64,000 nt of DNA from Tubulanus polymorphus (taxonomy: Eukaryota > Animalia > Nemertea), in assembly GCF_964204645.1 (NCBI RefSeq), contig NC_134034.1, positions 1,302,001-1,366,000 on the forward strand, in the 5' to 3' direction. Shown piece by piece: positions 59,011 to 64,000 of this stretch. The translations under genes and the position numbers were made by a program. The number at the start of each line of letters is the position of its first letter. Positions within the stretch are counted from its first letter, which is position 1. Under the pieces are notes generated by a model. It was not told the DNA's origin, did not search any database, and saw nothing but the letters and a program-made list of their open reading frames with translations.

Positions 59011-59447
59011 TCGTCTGCTCCAGGAAGTTTTGACACGCAAGTTGGACCACGTTAAAAGAACACCGATAGAAAACTACCAGGTCCAGTTCCACGGCTGTGA
59101 ATTATTCAGACTGAACTCCGATAACTTTGATTTAAGGAGTACTATGTGAGTCGATGTGCACATGATGGTGTGTCATCACCAGTGCCCTCTCAAAATAACA
59201 ATTAAAATTGTGAATTTTGGCGTCTTTTTTGTAATTAGATATATTTCATAACTCTTATTCTATTTCTGATTGATTTAAGAAAATGATTTTTGAGAGGATG
59301 TGTACTACACATCCGAAATCAGTTTATCAGAGAATAATTACGTTATACATAAAATGATTCAAATAAAGTAAATTTAGAATTTACAATCTATGGTCCTCAT
59401 AAGTAACGGACTGCTATTTCTGTGGATGAACCCCTGACGCGCAAGTG

Positions 59448-62400
59448 TTAATAAAGAACTGGTAGTTTGGATAAATCCGGTTGAAACAGTTCGTTCGTTG
59501 TCATCTCGACGCATTTCGATAGTTTACACGGAATCGTCGGCCCGATGTTTAACAAATGATGTTTCACCATCGCTTTTAAACTGGGGAATTTAGTGTCGCC
59601 GTTACACGTATAGTACACCTGACCTGCCACTCGCACCTGCAAAATATCGAGAAATATCGATCAATTTTATTAGCCAGTAAAATTGAAACGTGCTACTGAT
59701 TGGTCGAGACATTTCGGCCTGAAATCTGATTGGCCGAGACACTTCAGCCTGAAATCTGATTGGCCGAGACACTTCAGCCTGAAATCTGATTGGGCGAGAC
59801 ACTTCAGCCTTGAGTCTGATTGGGCGAAACTGTTTACCCTTAAAACTGATGGGTCTGGGATGATCTGCACTCTGAGTGGTGAAGCTGATCGGTTGATAAT
59901 TTCTATTGCGCAATATAATTGGTCTATGATCTCATTGGTCTACGTTGACTTCATTTGATTAGACTGAGAATGAAGCGGCACTCTCACATTCAGTGACAAA
60001 GCGCTTGCTTACCTTATCGATTTTATAATGACAAACCAACCTCTGGCAGGTGAATGAAATAGCGAACCCGTCTCCATCTGAACTATCTCTCAATACAAAC
60101 ACCCTTGAAATAGAAGAATATTAGAATTGAATATCTATGGTGTCCCAATACTGCAGTCGTGTGGTGGGAGGGGGGACTTGGCTAAAGAGGCATGACATCT
60201 TAGATGGATGATTGTTTATTTTGAAGTTGTCCTCCTTTATTTCACGCTTTTTGGTTGGCACAGGGACCTTAAGCAAGCAAACTCGATTCCACTAGAATTG
60301 GGACCAGGGTCTGCCTGGGTATCTGCTATATTGTCGTTATCAAATTACTCTTTAGCGACGAAGGTTCTATTCAAATTCTTACCCGTCGTCTGTCACGTGG
60401 TCGGCGAGCAGGCGTTCCGAGTCGTCACGTGATAACGGGCCGTGGTACCAAGGCTCATCGATCGGTTGACTGGCCGAGTATCTATAAGTCTGTAATAGGG
60501 AATCAAATATTGTAGATAAATTCAGATGCACTGATTCAGTAAAATATGTTAGATATATTTTGAAGCATAGATAGTCCACTGTATCTGTAACTGTGAGGCT
60601 GCTTGATTTACGATGGCAACCGGGGAGGTTATAATGGCAGTTCGAATGGACAAGAGCTGGTGCTGCCACCTCGTGCGATGTTAGGTACCTGGTCGCTGCT
60701 GCCGGATTTGTCGGAAAGTTTTCGAAGTTTATCGTGTCGTCGTAGCGTCACTTGATAATTATCGCGCAGTTGATTCCCGTACTACAAAAAAAAAACAACA
60801 GGAGTAAAAATGAGTAAAAAAATCCCGCCATCCATCAGCGTTTGAGCATTTCAACGCGACGGTCGTGAGATCGAAAACTAACCTTCGCAAATCGTAGTCC
60901 CAGTCGCCACTTTCTCATGGCGTGTTCCGTATCGAAGCACAAACATGTGACGTCATTTTCCGATAGACTCTGATGATAAATAAGGATATATCAATCAATC
61001 TAAGACTAATAACCTTGATTAACAACCACTTATGACGTTAATGACTTTTAATTGAAGATGGCTAATTGATTAAAAATGATCTCCATAATTTATGCACTTA
61101 ATCGTTCATTCACTTATCAATCTTAATTTATCTTTTTTCGAATTGATTCATTTGTCAATTTATCAACCTTTTCATCTTATCTAGGCAATATGGCATTTAA
61201 TCTTATTTCATTTTACTTTATTTCTTAATAGTTTATTCACCAATCCATTCATGTTATTTTCCAAACGTCAATGAACTTTTGTTTTAGTTTTCTCGTTCGA
61301 AGTTACCTTCAGCGCGATGACGAAGTTCGTGGCGGCGCCGCTGTAGAATTTCGCGGTCAGCGCGTCCAGAACGATGTAGATCTCTTTATCCTCGATGCTG
61401 ACGAACGGGCACAAGTGTTTGATCTCCTTCGACGTTCCCCGAGTCGAGTAGTAAATCCCGAACGCTCTCAGCAGACAGAAAGCTCGTTTCCACGATTTCT
61501 TACCCTTCTCTCGGAAGTGCAGATAGCTCTCCGTGTCCGGCAGACGATCGGTCGTTTTGAACATACTCTTTTTATTTGAAAATTTGAAAAATAAACGGTC
61601 GCCGTGACGTCATACACACGCAACCTCTTATCGTGCATAAGTAACTAAACGGTAAGAGGTCTGCCTCCATAGTTTTGAACATACTCTTTATTTGAAAATT
61701 CGAAAAATTAACGGTCGCCGTGACGTCATACCAAGCAACCTCTTATCGTGCATAAGTAACTAAACGGTAAGAGGTCTGCCTCCATAGTTTTGAACATACT
61801 CTTTATTTGAAAATTCGAAAAATTAACGGTCGCCGTGACGTCATACACACATGCAATCTCTTATCGTGCATGAGTAACTAAACGGTCAGATGTCTGCCAC
61901 CATAAATCACACTATGACATCATGAAAGTGTTTACGAGTGGATCGTTTCATGATGATGTCATAGGGGGATTCGTAGAGGCAGCCATCTTCTCTGGAAGTG
62001 TCTATAGATCAAATCACTGAGTTTCCATGGAAGCAGACATCTTTTCTAGAAGTGCCTTTAGATAGAATTACTGGTAAATAATATTTGATGTCGTCATACG
62101 GGTATTGAAGGAGGGAGACATCTTTTTCTAGCATTTTTTTTTATAGCAAAAGGGTTCAGCACCAGTTTAGTACCTGTAAAAGGAAAGCCTTGGCTCTTGC
62201 TGTTTTGTCCTCTTCCTGTGGTTTGTCTTTGCTGCTTCCTTTTCGTTCGGGCGGTTTCTTTTTGACGGGGAAATAAATCTACAAACGAACGATACAAGGT
62301 TTCAGTTGAAAAAAAAGACCAGGGTCTGGTTCCATATTCATGACTTATGTCAAAAAAGCGATCTTCAATCTTCTGACTATAGACGACTAGACTTAGATTC

Positions 62401-63751
62401 GTCTTAAATCTAAAGTCATGATCTGTGCATGCAACTGGCTTCAGTTTGAAATAAGTTTGAAATTTAGCAACTGCAGATTCGTGCAAATTCCATACAAATA
62501 TCTGTTACTGGTTTTCCCGCTGTCGATCTTACCTCTGGCCTCTGGAAAAAATCATACTTTCTAAAATCGTTTCTGAAAATCAGTCTGTTATCGGCATCGT
62601 CTGCCCACGAGTCTATGACTGGTACAATCATTTCATGATCTTCGAGAACCCGCTCTGGAAAAAATGGATTCAGCTACAATTTGTCGAATTTCTTTAGTGC
62701 AATTAAACACATACAACTGTGGATCTGGGTTCAGAGTCAAATTAATTAAAACACACAACTGTGGAACTGGGTCTGGAGTCAAATTAAATCCACACAACTG
62801 TGGAACTGGATCCAGAGTCAAATTAAACCCACACAACTGTGGAACTGGGTTCAGAGTCAAATTAAACCGGCACAACTGTGGAACTGGGCCCAGAGTCGAT
62901 TTAAACCTGCACAAATGTAGAACTGGGTTCACAGTCGATTTAAATCCAAACCACTGTAGAACTGGACCTCCCAGTCAGTTACTCACCGACGTTAAGCTGT
63001 TTAATGTACTCGACGATCGTCCAGTTTTTATCGTCGATCACGTGGTTTTTGATGACTAGCAGATAACACAAATCACGAGCTTTCACCGAGTGATCGACAG
63101 ACAGAGTTCTGTGAGTCCCATCAGTGTTATACACGTGCACTACAATCTATATCAATTATATCAACTTTAATCATCATCATTGATCATCGTTATCATCAAA
63201 TCATTTTCATCTTTTTCACCGGCTCAATCATTGCCGATAATCATCATTTTGTCGTCAGCATCATTTTTTTCAGGGTAAATCCATAATCCATCTTAATCGG
63301 GATTAGTCTGAGCTCTTCTAAGGGCTTTTTTCTATAATTCGACAAATCGACAATTGAGAAAAGAGACTGTTTACGAACCGTTCTGGTTTTAGTCGTCTCG
63401 CTCAGTCGCAGCGACGTGCGACGCAAAAACTCTTTTCTTATTTCATTTTCCGACTGAAACAAAGATTTCGTACTATATCATCTATGAGTATGAATATTTA
63501 GAAGTATAAAAGAAATCATTTTTCTAGGAGACCAACTTTCAGTTCATCCGTAGCCGACTTTCTTCTGACGGAGGCGCCCGTTTTTTTAGCGTACACCTTT
63601 CCGCCGCTAGGTAGCGACACATTGCGGCGTTCCGATGCCGGTGAATTGTCGGCGCTCTTGGAATCGTCGCGCCTTTCGTGGTAAAATATCGGACTGCCCG
63701 GTAGTGATACACTACGAGCGAATGGGTTGTAGGCTTTCGACTGAATTCCAC
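59448..63751 (-). CDS. Grb7/10/14-family adaptor (RA-PH-SH2), 3' part; the 5' end is not resolved and probably lies beyond the window
   Basis: Exons 63751-63537, 63453-63379, 63146-62987, 62654-62533, 62278-62174, 61567-61307, 60969-60883, 60781-60689, 60489-60383, 60103-60013 and 59636-59448 join in frame. RA: IVVHVYNTDGT...ARDLCYLLVIKNH...WTIVE...ERVLEDHE...KYDFF. PH: LHFREKGKKSWKR...LRAFGIYYSTRGTSKE...LRFAKYGNQLRDNY. SH2: PWYHGPLSRDDSE...DGVFVLRDS...GDTKFPSLKAMVKHH...IPCKLSKC. Confidence 0.88.
59695..59830. repeat. 30-bp tandem repeat
   Basis: About 4.5 copies of ctgattggccgagacacttcagcctgaaat in the last Grb7-like intron. Confidence 0.85.
62700..62970 (-). repeat. 39-bp minisatellite, family B (diverged)
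   Basis: About 7 reverse copies. A 41-bp variant array also occurs at ~55975-56107. Confidence 0.9.
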
Positions 63752-64000
63752 CTGAAACGATGCATTATGGGATCAGAAAATTTGCATAGAACAACCAGAC
63801 GTTAAAGATGGCGGCCTCAAATTTCACGCTGCCCGTTGACTGGATCTAAACACTCAGAGAAGTTGGCTGTAACCGTAAATCCCCTTATGACATCGTCGAA
63901 TTGTCTACTAGTGATTTGATCTATAAACCCTTCTATAAGAAGATTTCTGCCTCCACAAATCCCCCTATGACGTCATAAAATCACCGCCATAAATACCCCA

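Overview
Gene-dense eukaryotic (invertebrate animal) genomic DNA with spliceosomal introns; the species cannot be identified from the sequence alone. I reconstructed 12 protein-coding genes by hand from splice sites. In order: 3' part of a lysosomal-type histidine acid phosphatase (+); ARPC2 (+); secernin (-); a 490-aa ionotropic glutamate receptor with no amino-terminal domain (-); ALDH9A1 (+); a C7orf78-like protein (+); a small ankyrin-repeat protein with a Lys-rich tail (+), carrying an antisense intronic tRNA-Lys(CTT); an ABCG half-transporter (-); a catalytically dead trypsin-fold protein (-); a 64-aa Cys-rich secreted prepropeptide missed by the ORF track (+); an intronless SAM-dependent methyltransferase (+); and the 3' part of a Grb7-family RA-PH-SH2 adaptor (-). 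The most striking non-genic feature is a U1 snRNA gene (52205-53500) split by a young, 5'-truncated Tx1/L1-like non-LTR retrotransposon with a 41-nt poly(A) tail and a perfect 15-bp target-site duplication in U1 stem-loop I, which suggests a U1-targeting retroelement. Introns are filled with MITEs (Harbinger-, hAT- and Tc1/mariner-like) and dispersed minisatellite families (33, 39, 60, ~79 and ~117 bp). The 39-bp family looks like an amplified MITE terminus. The longest ORFs in the supplied track are artefacts of these repeats. All family assignments come from remembered motifs; no database searches were run.
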